Assembly: GCA_022825505.1 (NCBI GenBank) | Contig: JAJDWR010000006.1 | Coordinates: 10,476 to 74,475, forward strand | Origin: Gammaproteobacteria bacterium | GTDB taxonomy: Bacteria; Pseudomonadota; Gammaproteobacteria; Steroidobacterales; Rariloculaceae | Reading direction: 5' to 3' | DNA length: 64,000 nucleotides | Notes under the pieces: generated by a model | What the model saw: only the letters and a program-made list of their open reading frames with translations | Database searches by the model: none | What the model was told of the DNA's origin: nothing | Made by a program: the position numbers and the translations under genes | In this document: in pieces, positions 7,852 through 16,874 of the stretch | Layout of the letters: every line of letters begins with the position of its first letter | How positions within the stretch are numbered: position 1 is the first letter of the stretch

Positions 7852-10263
7852 ATGGCATATACGCTGATTGGCAACGATTTCGTGCCGCCGGATGTGCGCG
7901 GCAAGGTCACCGGGCAAGCCAAGTACGCCGAGGATTTTCGCGCCGAGGGCATGTTGTTCTGCAAGCTGCTGACCAGTTCCATGCCGCACGCGAGAGTACG
8001 CAATATCGATGCGTCCGCCGCGCTGGCCCTTGAAGGGGTACACGCGGTTCTGACCGCTGACGATGTACCGCCCGCGCAAGCACCCCGTTCCCCGGCATCT
8101 CCGATCCTCACCAACGAGCCCTGCTACGTGGGCGAACCCATTCTCGCGGTGGCCGCGGACGACGAGACCACAGCCCAGGACGCCATCGACCTCATCGAGC
8201 TTGACCTGGAACCCCTCCCCTTCACCTTCGATCCACTCGAGAGCCTGTACCCCGGCGGGCCCAACGCCCGCAGCGACGGCAACGTGACGGGCCGGAGCAT
8301 CCCGGTGCAGACGGTCAAGTGGACCGCCGGCGATTTTGCGGCCGTCGACGAGGGCCAGCTTCCCATGGGCCAGCCCATCACCGAGTGGGCCTATGGCGAC
8401 GTGGACGGGGGGTTCGAGGAAGCCGCCGTGGTAATCGACGAGAGCTTCGTCACCGCCGGCCTCTCCCATCACTGCATGGAACCGCGAAGTTGCATGGCCT
8501 ACTGGGAAAACGGCAAGTGCGTGCTGTACGGATCATCCCAGAGCCAGACGGCCATGGTCCCCGGGCTGTGCCAGTTGCTGGGCGTGGAACAGGAAGACCT
8601 CATCTACGTGGCGGAGACATGCGGCGGCGGTTTCGGCTCCAAGGGCGGGCCGTACCCGATCATGGCCGTGCCCGCGCTGCTGAGCCAGCAGACCGGCCGC
8701 CCCGTGATGCTGCGGATCACCCGCGCCGAGGAATACGGACTGGGCACCGCACGGGCCGGCTTCCAGGGCCGGCTGCGAATGGGCTTGAGAGAGGATGGCC
8801 GCATTCTCGCCCTGGACCTCTCCATCGTCCACGAGAACGGCCCCCACACGGGCTGGAGCGACAACGACTCGGCGGCGGATTCGGTGTCGATCCTCTACCA
8901 GCCGATGGCCATGCGCTACCGCGGTATCCCGGTGGAAACCAATACGCCGCCCCGGGGACCCCAGCGCGGCCCCGGGCAGAACCAGATCGCCGAGGCCGTC
9001 GAGCCCATCCTGGACAAGGCTGCGCGGGCGCTGGGCATCGACCAATTGGCAATACGGCGCATCAACTCGGCCGACAACGACGCCAGGATCGGAGGCCGCC
9101 AGGGCCCGGTGACCAGCGCATACCAGGACGAGACGCTGACCCAGGGCGCGGAACTGTTCAACTGGGAGGAAAAGCAGGCTCGAAGCGGCCAGCGCAACGG
9201 TTCAAAGGTCATCGGCATCGGTATCGGCCAGTGTTACCACTCGGCGGGACGCAACAGCTACGACGGACTGGTCCGGATCACTCCGGACGGCGTACTGCAC
9301 ATCCATACCGGCTGCGGCAATCTCGGCACGTATTCCCACACCGCCACCTCCCGGGTTGCAGCCGAAGTGCTCAGGCACGACTGGGACAACTGCGTCATCG
9401 TACGGGGCGACAGCCGCCGGCACCTGCCGTGGGCACCGACCCAGACAGGCAGCAATACCGCCTTCACCTGCACCCGCACCAACTACGTAGCCGCCATGGA
9501 CGCCGTGGAGAAACTCAAGGAAATCGCCGCCATGGACCTGGGAGGCGCGCCGGAGGATTACGACATCGGCGACGAGACCGTATTTGCCACGGACGATCCT
9601 TCCCGATCGCTCACCTACGCCGCCGCCGCGCAGCGCGCCATCGAACTGGGCGGGCGCTTCTCCGGCGAAGAGGCGCCGGAGGACATCCACGACGTCACGC
9701 GAATGGCCGTGGCCGGGGTCGCCGGCACCGGTCTGGTCGGGGTCGCGAAGGACAACCTGCGCCACGAAGGCGTGGTCCCGGCCATCGCCAGCGGCTTCAT
9801 CGAGATCGAATTGGACCTGGAAACCGGCAAGTTCGACGTCCTCGACTACGTGAGCGTGGCCGACTGCGGCACGGTGCTGCATCCCCAGGGCCTGTCCAAC
9901 CAGGTCAAGGGCGGTGCGGTGATGGGACTGGGCATGGCCTGCACCGAGCGCCACGTCTACGATTCCCAGATCGGCCTGCCGGCCAACGTCGGCTTCCACC
10001 AGGTCAAGCCCATGTCCTACCTGGACGTGCCCTCCACGATGGAGTGGGCGGCCGTGGACATCGCGGACCCGCAGAACCCCGTAGGCGCCAAGGGCGTCGG
10101 CGAGCCCATCCAGGGCTGTGCGTCGGCGGCGGTGCTGTGCGCGATCTCCGATGCGCTGGGCGGCTACGACTTCAACCGCGCACCGGTCAGCCCGGACATG
10201 GTGGTCAATGCCGCCGCCGGACAGCCGCAGTCCCATGGGCCGTTGCAGGTGAATACGGTCTGA
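7852..10263 (+). CDS. Xanthine dehydrogenase-family molybdopterin-binding (large) subunit
   Basis: KVTGQAKYAED, MEPR, GGGFGSKG, DCGTVLHP, GAKGVGEP. Confidence 0.92.
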   Translation: MAYTLIGNDFVPPDVRGKVTGQAKYAEDFRAEGMLFCKLLTSSMPHARVRNIDASAALALEGVHAVLTADDVPPAQAPRSPASPILTNEPCYVGEPILAVAADDETTAQDAIDLIELDLEPLPFTFDPLESLYPGGPNARSDGNVTGRSIPVQTVKWTAGDFAAVDEGQLPMGQPITEWAYGDVDGGFEEAAVVIDESFVTAGLSHHCMEPRSCMAYWENGKCVLYGSSQSQTAMVPGLCQLLGVEQEDLIYVAETCGGGFGSKGGPYPIMAVPALLSQQTGRPVMLRITRAEEYGLGTARAGFQGRLRMGLREDGRILALDLSIVHENGPHTGWSDNDSAADSVSILYQPMAMRYRGIPVETNTPPRGPQRGPGQNQIAEAVEPILDKAARALGIDQLAIRRINSADNDARIGGRQGPVTSAYQDETLTQGAELFNWEEKQARSGQRNGSKVIGIGIGQCYHSAGRNSYDGLVRITPDGVLHIHTGCGNLGTYSHTATSRVAAEVLRHDWDNCVIVRGDSRRHLPWAPTQTGSNTAFTCTRTNYVAAMDAVEKLKEIAAMDLGGAPEDYDIGDETVFATDDPSRSLTYAAAAQRAIELGGRFSGEEAPEDIHDVTRMAVAGVAGTGLVGVAKDNLRHEGVVPAIASGFIEIELDLETGKFDVLDYVSVADCGTVLHPQGLSNQVKGGAVMGLGMACTERHVYDSQIGLPANVGFHQVKPMSYLDVPSTMEWAAVDIADPQNPVGAKGVGEPIQGCASAAVLCAISDALGGYDFNRAPVSPDMVVNAAAGQPQSHGPLQVNTV

Positions 10264-10277
10264 GCGCGCGCCCGACC

Positions 10278-10315
10278 CAAGGCTGGACACACACTACAAG
10301 GCTGGACACACGCTA
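10278..10315. repeat. 2 x 19-bp direct repeat, intergenic
   Basis: caaggctggacacacacta / caaggctggacacacgcta. Confidence 0.85.
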
Positions 10316-10334
10316 ACGGAGTCGTTTGCACGTC

Positions 10335-11363
10335 ATGAAAGCGGTCATTCACACGTTGCTTGCAACGCTGATGGTGTGCGCACCGGGCCTTGCCGCGGCG
10401 CACCACTCCCCCTTCATCTACTTTGACGCGTCCCGGACCGTCGAGGCCGAAGGCGTCGTCACCGCCGTGAACTGGCGGAATCCCCATGCGACGTTCGAAC
10501 TGACGGCAGACGGCGTTTCGTGGGAGGTCGAAGCGAACGCAATCAGCATCCTGAGAAGAATGGACCTCGATGCGGACTCGGTCCGGGTGGGCGACGTCGT
10601 CACCGTGGCCGGTTGGCCTCCGAAGGACGGGAGCACGCGCATTTTCCTCACCAACATGCTGATCGAGGGCAGGTCGGAGATCATCCTGTGGCCGGGTGCG
10701 CCACCGCACTGGTCTGCGGACGAAACCGCGGGTTCTTCTGCAGTCTGGCTGGCATCGGAGGCGGATTTTGCAGACGAGGATGCGCCGGACGACATCTTTC
10801 ACGTCTGGAGCACGTCGCTGGCGGACGTTCCGGATGCCTTGATTTTCGATGGGGCCGTATTTCCCCTGACCGAAGCGGCCCAGGCCGCAAGAGCGGGCTA
10901 CGACATGTACGGCAATCCCATCATCGGAACGTGCATCGCCAAGGGCATGCCAACCATCATGGAACAGCCCTACCCGATGGAGTTCGAACAGGGCGACGGC
11001 GTCATCTACCTCAGGATGGAGGAAGGCGATATCGTACGGGAAATCCACATGGGCGCCGAACTGGCGAACGTGGAGCCTTCCCTGTTGGGCACTTCGGTGG
11101 GGCGTTGGGATGACGATACGCTGGTGGTGGAAACGACCGGCAGTACATGGCCCTACACCGACATGACCGGCGTCCCGAACTCCGAGGACAGCGTATTTGT
11201 GGAGCGCTTTACGCCCAGCAACGACGGCAGGCGGCTGGATTACGAAATGACGGTGACCAACCCCGAAATCTTCACCGAACCCGTCACCTTGGACAAGCAC
11301 TGGCTGTGGATCCCCGACGCGACGGTGGAGCCGTACGAGTGTCTTGTGGAAGCGGACGACTAG
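10335..11363 (+). CDS. Secreted DUF6152-type protein fused to an uncharacterised C-terminal domain
   Basis: Signal peptide ending AAA|HHS, WRNPH motif; C-terminal half has GTSVGRWDDDTLVVET and VERF..LDYEMTVTNP..YEC, shared with ORF 44618. Confidence 0.75.
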   Translation: MKAVIHTLLATLMVCAPGLAAAHHSPFIYFDASRTVEAEGVVTAVNWRNPHATFELTADGVSWEVEANAISILRRMDLDADSVRVGDVVTVAGWPPKDGSTRIFLTNMLIEGRSEIILWPGAPPHWSADETAGSSAVWLASEADFADEDAPDDIFHVWSTSLADVPDALIFDGAVFPLTEAAQAARAGYDMYGNPIIGTCIAKGMPTIMEQPYPMEFEQGDGVIYLRMEEGDIVREIHMGAELANVEPSLLGTSVGRWDDDTLVVETTGSTWPYTDMTGVPNSEDSVFVERFTPSNDGRRLDYEMTVTNPEIFTEPVTLDKHWLWIPDATVEPYECLVEADD

Positions 11364-11500
11364 TCCGCCGACACGCCTGAAACTCGTCTCGTCGAATTTC
11401 CCAATACCCGTTTCCCGATGGCTTTCCGTAGAGCCGTCTTGATCGCGCCCGCTATCGAAGCGTAGACTGCCGGGACCACATTTCCAACAGAAGTGACAAC

Positions 11501-12571
11501 ATGTTCAACTCCCACACGATTCGCGCAGCACTCCTGGCGCTGATCTCATCCACACTTGCCGCTTCGGCGCTCGCGCAGAATTTCCTGACCGACATTCCGG
11601 CAGGCAGCCGGGGCATGGTCAGCGGCCCCGAAATCGGCGAACGCATTCCCGATTTTTCCGCCTACGACCAGAACGGCAATCGGGTCAGCCTGGATGACGT
11701 GATGGGTCCGAACGGTGCCATGGTGGTATTTCACCGTTCGGCCGACTGGTGACCTTTCTGCAAGACCCAGCTCGTGCAGTTGGAAGCATCATTGGACGAT
11801 TACACCGCAGCCGGCCTGGGGGTGGTTGCGATCAGCTACGACACGGTCGACATCCTCAAGAGTTTCGCTGATCGGATGGGCGGATTCCGCTACTCCACGC
11901 TGGCCGACCCGAACTCCGAGATCATCGAGGCTTACGGTATCCGCAACCCCAACCCGGAGCCCGGCAGCCGCACGGACGGCATGGCCTTCCCCGGCACCTA
12001 CATCGTCGACACGGACGGCATCGTGCAGGACAAGTGGTTCGAGGACAGCCACCGAATCCGGCCTACCGCACAGACTGTACTCATGAAGACGTTCGGCGCC
12101 GACGGCGGCCGCCGCACCGAAGTGCAGTTGCCGCAGTTCGACTTCGCGGCCTACGCCACGCAGGACCAGATTCAGCCGGGCAATACCGTCCTAGTGGTGG
12201 CGGACATCGTTCTGCCCGAACGCATGCATCTCTATGCGCCGGGCTCGGACTACGTTGCCGCCGACCTGAACATCGTCGAGACCGAACACGTGCTGCAGGG
12301 CGCTCTGGAACTCCCGGAGCACGAAATCCTCTACCTGGAGCCCATCGACGAGAGCGTTCCCGTCTACTACGGAACAGCGCGATTGACGCGCGAAGTTTCC
12401 TTGTCACCGGCGTACCAGGAAGATTCGGTTGCGGTGGATGTCGTGCTGAGCTACCAGACCTGCGACGACGAAATCTGCTACCCGCCGGACGACTTCCAGT
12501 TCACGCTGCACTTCGACGTACTGCCCAACGACCGGGTACGGGCGCCGGAGGGCATCCGCCACGAGGGTTGA
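11501..12571 (+). CDS. Predicted selenoprotein: signal peptide + AhpC/TSA (redoxin) domain with UxxC + DsbD N-terminal-like domain, 356 aa, Sec84
   Basis: TGG TGA CCT TTC TGC (W-U-P-F-C) at 11747-11761; downstream ORF 11774 is in the same frame; redoxin motifs on both sides (PDFSAYDQNG, VVAISYD, LADP, PGTYIVD..G); C-terminal YQTCDDEICYPP. Confidence 0.88.
11750..11786 (+). promoter_or_regulatory. Putative bacterial SECIS element
   Basis: UGA at 11750; stem CCAGCT (11767-72) pairs with AGTTGG (11778-83); 5-nt loop CGUGC with G at position 2, about 20 nt after the UGA. Confidence 0.65.
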
Positions 12572-12659
12572 AAGGCGCAGGAATTCCTCGCGACGAATCG
12601 AACTAGCAACAAGGTTGAGTGCCCGCCGGGTTGACTGCACCCGCCCGTCCCGTTTCGCA

Positions 12660-12688
12660 TTGAGCTTCGGGCGATACCGGGCCACAAT
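12660..12688 (+). promoter_or_regulatory. Putative sigma70 promoter (leaderless transcript)
   Basis: TTGAGC-17 nt-CACAAT, 6 nt upstream of ATG 12695. Confidence 0.5.
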
Positions 12689-12694
12689 GCGGGT

Positions 12695-13081
12695 ATGCGC
12701 GCAATCGACGCTCGACTGATCCGCATCCTGAGCCGGCACCCCGGCATTCGTCTGGCGATGTTGTTCGGTTCTCACGCTAGAGGCCATCCCAGTTCGGACA
12801 GTGACATCGATCTCGCGCTGCTGGCGGAGAGTCCTCTTTCCGGCGCGACGATTCGCGAACTTGTGGAAGCGATCGGCGGTGAATTCGGTTGTCTAGTCGA
12901 TGTCGTCGACCTCTACCACGCGCCGCAGCCCATACTCGGACAAGTGTTCAAGGGGCGGCGGCTTCTGGGCGACAATCGGACCTACGCAGAGCTGCTAACC
13001 AGACACCTCATCGACAGCGCCGACTTCCTTCCGCTCCGGCAGCGAATCCTGGCCGAGAGGCAAGCCGAATGGACGCAGTGA
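12695..13081 (+). CDS. Minimal nucleotidyltransferase (MntA-like antitoxin, type VII TA)
   Basis: LFGSHARG..SDSDIDLA, VDVVDL. Confidence 0.88.
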   Translation: MRAIDARLIRILSRHPGIRLAMLFGSHARGHPSSDSDIDLALLAESPLSGATIRELVEAIGGEFGCLVDVVDLYHAPQPILGQVFKGRRLLGDNRTYAELLTRHLIDSADFLPLRQRILAERQAEWTQ

Positions 13082-13212
13082 TCGTCAGCGCGAATCTGGA
13101 GTCCCTGCGCCGGTGCGTGATACGCGTCCAGGAAAAGACGCCGGCAACAGTGGACGGACTGACCGAAGACCCGGACGCGCAGGGCATCCTGATGGTGTCG
13201 AGCGCTGCTTGA
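13069..13212 (+). pseudogene. Truncated HEPN/DUF86 (HepT-like) toxin
   Basis: Overlaps the MNT stop; MDAVIVSANLESLRRCVIRV...DPDAQ resembles a HepT N-terminus but ends after 47 aa with no RxxxxH motif. Confidence 0.7.
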
Positions 13213-13300
13213 AGGTCGCACCGGGACTTCTCGCCCGATATTGCCTGTAACGGTCGAACTTGAGGGGCGACTTGAGGGGTCACTTGAGGGGTCACTTGAC
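13200..13300 (-). pseudogene. Remnant of Fic-type C-terminal wHTH region with 12-bp TPQV tandem repeat
   Basis: (acttgaggggtc) x about 3.5 at 13258-13300; minus strand reads QVTPQVTPQVAPQVRPLQAISGEKSRCDLQAAL. Confidence 0.55.
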
Positions 13301-13403
13301 GAGCAGCACCGCACCCCCAGCAACCTGCACTTCCCGCCCAAGCTGTCGCCCCCGAAATTCCCGATGTATATTCGGCGCACCATGAGCGGCGCGCCTTGAT
13401 TCG

Positions 13404-15686
13404 ATGCAGACGGTACCGGTCATCAAGGACCTGGTTCTCCTAGGCGGCGGCCACAGCCACATCGCCGTTCTGAAGTCGTTCGGGATGCGGCCGATCCCGG
13501 GGGTTCGGCTTACGCTGATCAGCCGCGATATCGAGACCGCCTATTCCGGGATGCTGCCGGGACTGATTGCCGGTCACTATTCGTTTGATCAGGCTCATAT
13601 CGACCTCGTGCCGCTCGCCAGGTTCGCCGGAGCGCGCTTCTTCCACGATGAAGTCACGGATATCGATCTGGAAGCGCGGACCGTATCGCTGGCGAACCGG
13701 CCCCCAGTCGCCTACGACGTCCTTTCCGTCAACACCGGATCGACGCCCGCGACCCATGAAGTTGGCGGCGCCGACGATCATGTCGTACCCGTCAAGCCCA
13801 TCAATCGCTTTCTGGGACACTGGGAAAGCCTGCTCGAGCGCGTCGAAGGGTATGGAGGCGGGCGGCGTGCCAACATGGCCGACGACGACGGAGTGCGGGT
13901 CGGCGTGGTGGGAGGTGGCACCGGCGGGGTCGAATTGTGTCTCGCGGTTCATCACGCGCTGACGACACAGCCGAACCCACCGGAGGCGCTTGCGCTGGAA
14001 CTCCTCACCGCCGACGAGGAGATTCTTCAGGAGCATCCCAAAAGCGTGGTCCGACGGTTCAGACGGATTCTTGCCGAGCGAGGCATCGAGGTGCACACCG
14101 GCACTCGGGTGACGCGGGTCAGGCCAAACACGCTGGTCGATGCCGACGGACGCGAGTTTCGGTTCCACGAGATTCTCTGGGTTACCCAGGCCGGTGCACC
14201 GCATTGGCTGAGCAGTTCGGGAATCCAGATAGACGGGCAGGGATTCATGCTCGTCAACGACCATCTCCAGTCGCCATCCCACGGTAGTGTCTTCGGTGCC
14301 GGCGACGTGGTGGCCATGGCAAACAACCCCCGCCCCAAGGCGGGCGTTTTTGCCGTTCGCCAGGGGCGGCCGCTTACCGAAAACCTGCGCCGGTACCTGT
14401 TGAAGAGGCCCTTGATCCGGTATCGACCCCAGCGGAGATTCCTCAAGCTGGTCAGCACAGGAGATCGCTACGCAGTGGCCTCGCGCGGTCCGTGGTCCGC
14501 CGAGGGACGCTGGGTGTGGCGCTGGAAGGACTGGATCGACTCGCGCTTCATGGAGAAATTCCAGGTTCTCCCAGACATGGAACCCGGGGACGAGACGCCC
14601 GAGGTCCCGGCGCCGCTACGTGATCCCGCAATCGACGACGACACCGGCGATCCCATGCGTTGCGGAGGCTGCGGTGCGAAGGTCAGTGCCGATGTGCTGG
14701 CGGCTGCGCTGGCGGATATCCGCACCGCGTCCAGGGATGACGTGGTCGTCGGACTGGATGCACCGGACGACGCGGCGATGGTCGCCGTTCCACCCGACAG
14801 GCTCTCGGTGCTCTCGGTGGACGGCTTTCGACCAATGATCGATGACCCCTGGCTGTTCGGGCGAATCACCGCCAACCACTGCCTGGGCGATGTCTATGCC
14901 ATGGGTGCGGAACCCCAGGCGGCCATGACCATGGCGACGCTGCCGGTGTGGCCGGAAGACAAGCTGGTGGACGAACTCAGGCAGATGCTGCTCGGCGCCC
15001 TGCATGTCTTCGATCGGGAGGGCGTCGCGCTGGTAGGAGGCCATACGGGTGAAGGCGCTGAGTTGACCCTGGGATTCACGGTCACCGGATTGATCGAATC
15101 GGATCGGGCGCTGCGCAAGTCCGCATTGCGGCCGGGTGACGTCCTGGTGCTGACCAAGCCCGTAGGTACCGGAACACTGCTCGCAGCCGACATGCGCGGC
15201 AAAGTTCGGGGCCAATGGCTTCAAGGGGCCATCGAATCCATGCTCGTTTCCTGCAGAAACGCCGGAGAGACTCTCGGAAAACACGGCGCCCATGCCTGCA
15301 CCGACATTACGGGCTTCGGGCTGGCCGGTCATCTCCTGGAGATGCTCGGCGACGGTTCCCTGGGCGCGCTCATCGATCTCGACGCGCTGCCCCTACTCCC
15401 GGGCGCACTCGAAACTGTCGAGACGGGCATACTTTCAACCTTGCAGCCCAAGAACGAGCGCTTCGCCGCTCAGGTTGCGGCCACCGACGAGAATAGGAAA
15501 CGAGCCGAGTTTGCCCTGCTGTTCGATCCCCAGACCGCCGGGGGCCTGCTTGCGGGCGTGCCGCGCGAGAGCGTCCGGGACTGCGTAACCGAGCTGAAAA
15601 CTCAAGGCTACTCCTATACCGCGGTAATCGGAGAGATCGTGGATGCAGATGGGTGGGAAAGGCGGGTTCGTCTCACGACAGCATAG
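13404..15686 (+). CDS. selD: Selenide, water dikinase fused to N-terminal FAD-dependent (NADH dehydrogenase-like) oxidoreductase
   Basis: LLGGGHSH, VVGGGTGGVE, FGAGD; MRCGGCGAKV, DDAA, DVYAMG, GGHT, LTKPVGTG, TDITGFGLAGHL, DPQTAGGLL. Confidence 0.93.
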   Translation: MQTVPVIKDLVLLGGGHSHIAVLKSFGMRPIPGVRLTLISRDIETAYSGMLPGLIAGHYSFDQAHIDLVPLARFAGARFFHDEVTDIDLEARTVSLANRPPVAYDVLSVNTGSTPATHEVGGADDHVVPVKPINRFLGHWESLLERVEGYGGGRRANMADDDGVRVGVVGGGTGGVELCLAVHHALTTQPNPPEALALELLTADEEILQEHPKSVVRRFRRILAERGIEVHTGTRVTRVRPNTLVDADGREFRFHEILWVTQAGAPHWLSSSGIQIDGQGFMLVNDHLQSPSHGSVFGAGDVVAMANNPRPKAGVFAVRQGRPLTENLRRYLLKRPLIRYRPQRRFLKLVSTGDRYAVASRGPWSAEGRWVWRWKDWIDSRFMEKFQVLPDMEPGDETPEVPAPLRDPAIDDDTGDPMRCGGCGAKVSADVLAAALADIRTASRDDVVVGLDAPDDAAMVAVPPDRLSVLSVDGFRPMIDDPWLFGRITANHCLGDVYAMGAEPQAAMTMATLPVWPEDKLVDELRQMLLGALHVFDREGVALVGGHTGEGAELTLGFTVTGLIESDRALRKSALRPGDVLVLTKPVGTGTLLAADMRGKVRGQWLQGAIESMLVSCRNAGETLGKHGAHACTDITGFGLAGHLLEMLGDGSLGALIDLDALPLLPGALETVETGILSTLQPKNERFAAQVAATDENRKRAEFALLFDPQTAGGLLAGVPRESVRDCVTELKTQGYSYTAVIGEIVDADGWERRVRLTTA

Positions 15687-15827
15687 CTTACAGGCAGGCC
15701 TGCCGGGCGCGGATGTGGGCGCGCCTGCGGTTGTGCCTCTGGGTGTAGGGGCGATTAATTAGTGTGCCTGCTGGTGCGGGCGGGCGTGCGGACAACGTCC
15801 GGTCCAAAGGTCGCGGCAATCTGCCAA

Positions 15828-16748
15828 TCAGAACTCGTACCTTAGCCCCACCGTCGCGGACAACCCACCGATATCGGTCAGGTCCTGAATTCCGGTAAAG
15901 GGCGTCACGCCATCCGCCTGGACGGGCCGGTGACTGCGGATCGTGTCCCAGACGTCCTCGTCGCTCACGTCGTCGATGTCACTCCACCGCAGAGTCAGAA
16001 ACAGGGAAGTGCGGTCGGTCAGCCCACGCTCCACACCGGCGATGACCTGGTAGCCGAACACCTCGTCGCTCACCATGGTATTCATGACGCTGGACGAACC
16101 TGCAGCGGCTATCTGCCAGTCTGCCGGTTGGCCGGGGTCACCGCCCACAGCCTCCACGTAGCCATCTGCAAGCGTGCGGCGCACAAAGGAGACCCGGTAG
16201 TGCGACTGCACGCGTGCGAGCCCGGCGCCCACCCCGACATAGGGAGACCAGGCGGAATCGATGCCGAAGTCGTAGAAGACGTTCAGAAATAGCTGGCTCG
16301 ACCTGAAGTCCGAGACCTGTTGATAGGGAGGATCGTCCGGACTCCACTCGGTTGCCTTGCCCTGCAGGGCGGGGTTGTCGACGGCGCCGGCCAGCACTGC
16401 AACTCTGCCTTCATGTGCGCGGCTCAGGAACTCAGCCTCGATCCGCAGCCGGTCCCAGTCGTAACCCAGGCTCGCGGACCCCGCGAACGCACCTCCCAGG
16501 TCAAACGAATCGCTGAGAAACGCCCGGACCGAGTTGTCCGTACACGCCGCGTCATTCGGTGCCATCGAAGGATCGGTATAGAGCACGCTGTCACAGCGCG
16601 TAGGATGATTGATCCCGCTCGTGCTGGCGCCTATTTCGTCGGTTGCGAAGGTCAGCCCTATCGACACGTACGGATCTGCCGATGCGAGCCTTGCCGAAAG
16701 AACAAGCGCGATGCCCGAAAAAAGCGAGATTCGAACCAACGATTTCAT
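15828..16748 (-). CDS. Outer-membrane beta-barrel protein (opacity/OmpA-like porin family)
   Basis: Signal peptide, LGYDWDRLRIEAE, SPYVGVGAG, GYQVIAG, C-terminal VGLRYEF. Confidence 0.8.
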   Translation of the reverse strand: MKSLVRISLFSGIALVLSARLASADPYVSIGLTFATDEIGASTSGINHPTRCDSVLYTDPSMAPNDAACTDNSVRAFLSDSFDLGGAFAGSASLGYDWDRLRIEAEFLSRAHEGRVAVLAGAVDNPALQGKATEWSPDDPPYQQVSDFRSSQLFLNVFYDFGIDSAWSPYVGVGAGLARVQSHYRVSFVRRTLADGYVEAVGGDPGQPADWQIAAAGSSSVMNTMVSDEVFGYQVIAGVERGLTDRTSLFLTLRWSDIDDVSDEDVWDTIRSHRPVQADGVTPFTGIQDLTDIGGLSATVGLRYEF

Positions 16749-16874
16749 ATCGAGCCTCTGGAGACTTCCTGTTTGTCGCTTTGGACAACCAATGTAGTCT
16801 CCCCGTTGCAGTCTGCCCAATACGAATTTCTTATGTGATCGATAAGCCGGACCTCATGCGGCGGCGGTTCCATC

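Noticed and set aside
7651-8472. Long N-terminal extensions in the ORF track (also 56701, 60359, 60716, 48776 starts)
   Set aside because: They overlap real genes; downstream starts with signal peptides or RBS fit better
10261-10263. Read-through at other TGA stops (10263, 21249, 38570, 46026)
   Set aside because: The proteins appear complete and no in-frame domain continuation or redox motif follows
8319-10316. 665-aa alternative-frame ORF overlapping the XDH gene
   Set aside because: Arg/Gly/Pro-rich shadow frame typical of high-GC DNA, with no motifs
13258-13300. 12-bp repeats as CRISPR or iterons
   Set aside because: No spacers, cas or rep genes; better explained as a TPQV coding repeat
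14655-14681. Possible Sec in the SelD active site
   Set aside because: Both codons in CGGC are TGC; no UGA
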